From positions 172,547-236,546 of the forward strand of contig NMRA01000626.1 of assembly GCA_002633005.1 (NCBI GenBank): a stretch of 64,000 nt of DNA, read 5' to 3'. This stretch comes from Phoronis australis (Eukaryota; Animalia; Phoronida). Under the pieces are notes generated by a model. The model was not told the origin of the DNA. It saw nothing but the letters and a program-made list of their open reading frames with translations, and ran no database searches. Every line of letters begins with the position of its first letter. Within the stretch, counting starts at the first letter, position 1. The position numbers and the translations under genes were made by a program. Below, in pieces: positions 62,633 to 64,000 of the stretch.

Positions 62633-63870
62633 CTGAAACGATAAAAAATAAATATTGTAGCACAACAAATAATTTGTAGTCTCTTGAAAACCTCTCGCAA
62701 TCGTCAAATCTTTTATTTAGTGCCAAACTCACATGTCATGCACCAGAGTGTATACTAAGACCTTCACAGCAGGTGGATTTTCAACACTAAATAATGTTAA
62801 CACCACTGAAAAGTTCAACCTATTTCACGACTTATGCACTTTCCAAGTGCCAAATGTGTGGCATCTGTGGACTTCATGGTAACACTTATTGCCCTTTTGT
62901 TAACAATTTCATTATTCTTGCTGCATTACGTTTCAGACTTGTTACAGAGTATAGTACTTTGAACTCCACTGCCAGTTAAAAACAATATTTAAGTTTGAAA
63001 TAATTATTCGATTGCAAATGGAGTTTGCATCCGGCACTTCACATATTAAAAATGCATGCCATTTTAAAAGCGCTGCATTGAAACAACAATGCAGATTTAG
63101 GCTTATTGTAACATTCCAAACATCTTTGTCGTTGAAGAAACAGAGTTGATCGTGAAAGCTCTACTTTTTGCGATGCATACACCTTAACTGAACATCTTTG
63201 CAAGTCCTGCATAACGTAGCTCCAAGGTGTGAAACTAGAAGGCTCCAGGATTGTGAAAGTATCCATATGCTTTTTAACACCGATATGATGAGAGGGTGGG
63301 TGCAAGAGTGAGCGATGTTGACTTTGTCCTTAGCATACCGAATCTGCCCACACATGCTTACTAGAAACTCACATGCTTCATAACCCAGGGGTTACAATAA
63401 AATGAGGAGTGTGGATGAGATAGGAGACAATTTCCAAATTTTTGAAACAGTGTGTTCTTGATTGACTTGATTGGTATTTAAGTGTAAAAGACGTCATGAT
63501 TTTTGCTATCAAATTCTTTTTGAAGTTCCCTTTAAAAGCCATGGTTATTGGTTCATGATTGAGCTTTTAACAAAGCTAATATCCATCCCTAATTAAAAAT
63601 GATATCTCCATGGACTACACAATTTTAATGATAGCTCCTGGGAGTTAAGAGAACAGTTGCCCACGGGTGCCAGGGATAGGGACGGAGGAATGCAAAAACA
63701 GGTAAAAACCAAGGGGTGTGCCACATGGGTGTTGAGACACTCTCATCATCACAAATTTTGCTTGCTGGATCCCGTGACCATTGACAACATGTGCTGTGGT
63801 GTTAAGATTTGGCCTTCTCTTTGCACAAGCTCCCAAGAATTTTTTGTAATGACAGGTGGCCATGCCCCTG

Positions 63871-64000
63871 TGGTTATGTCAGTACCATCCTGGCTATGTC
63901 AGTACCATCCTGGCTATGTCAGTACCATCCTGGCTATGTCAGTACCATCCTGGCTATGTCAGTACCATCCTGGCTATGTCAGTACCATCCTGGCTATGTC
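63871..64000. repeat. 20-bp minisatellite running off the window end
   Basis: Unit TGGCTATGTCAGTACCATCC, 6.5 copies visible. Confidence 0.95.

Noticed and set aside
62700-64000. Candidate first coding exon of EXOC4
   Set aside because: No convincing ATG-containing exon with a phase-0 donor found; it probably lies beyond the window

Overview
Eukaryotic, AT-rich, repeat-rich genomic DNA from an intron-rich metazoan (probably a marine invertebrate; the taxon is an inference). It has a 747-nt assembly gap (8514-9260) and a single-N join (56589). Almost the whole window is one minus-strand gene, exocyst component EXOC4/Sec8. I reconstructed 24 GT-AG coding exons (62632 down to the stop at 2713), all phase-compatible; the first exon and one internal exon could not be found. 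Nested antisense in one EXOC4 intron is an intact single-coding-exon GT32 (DxD) glycosyltransferase that resembles fungal Sur1/Csh1 MIPC synthases. The introns hold transposon relics: Kolobok-like TTAA elements (one keeps THAP and KolX-like stubs), an ISL2EU-like THAP element interrupted by a LINE, a TA-flanked TIR element, a GalEa-like Copia remnant, Helentron-type HINEs, palindromic MITEs and a Penelope fragment. They also hold many minisatellites and a ~0.9-kb tandem duplication. I see no prokaryotic-type system (no CRISPR, no operon) and nothing I can demonstrate to be a new biological system. The best leads are the nested GT32 gene and its possible transposon-donated first exon.
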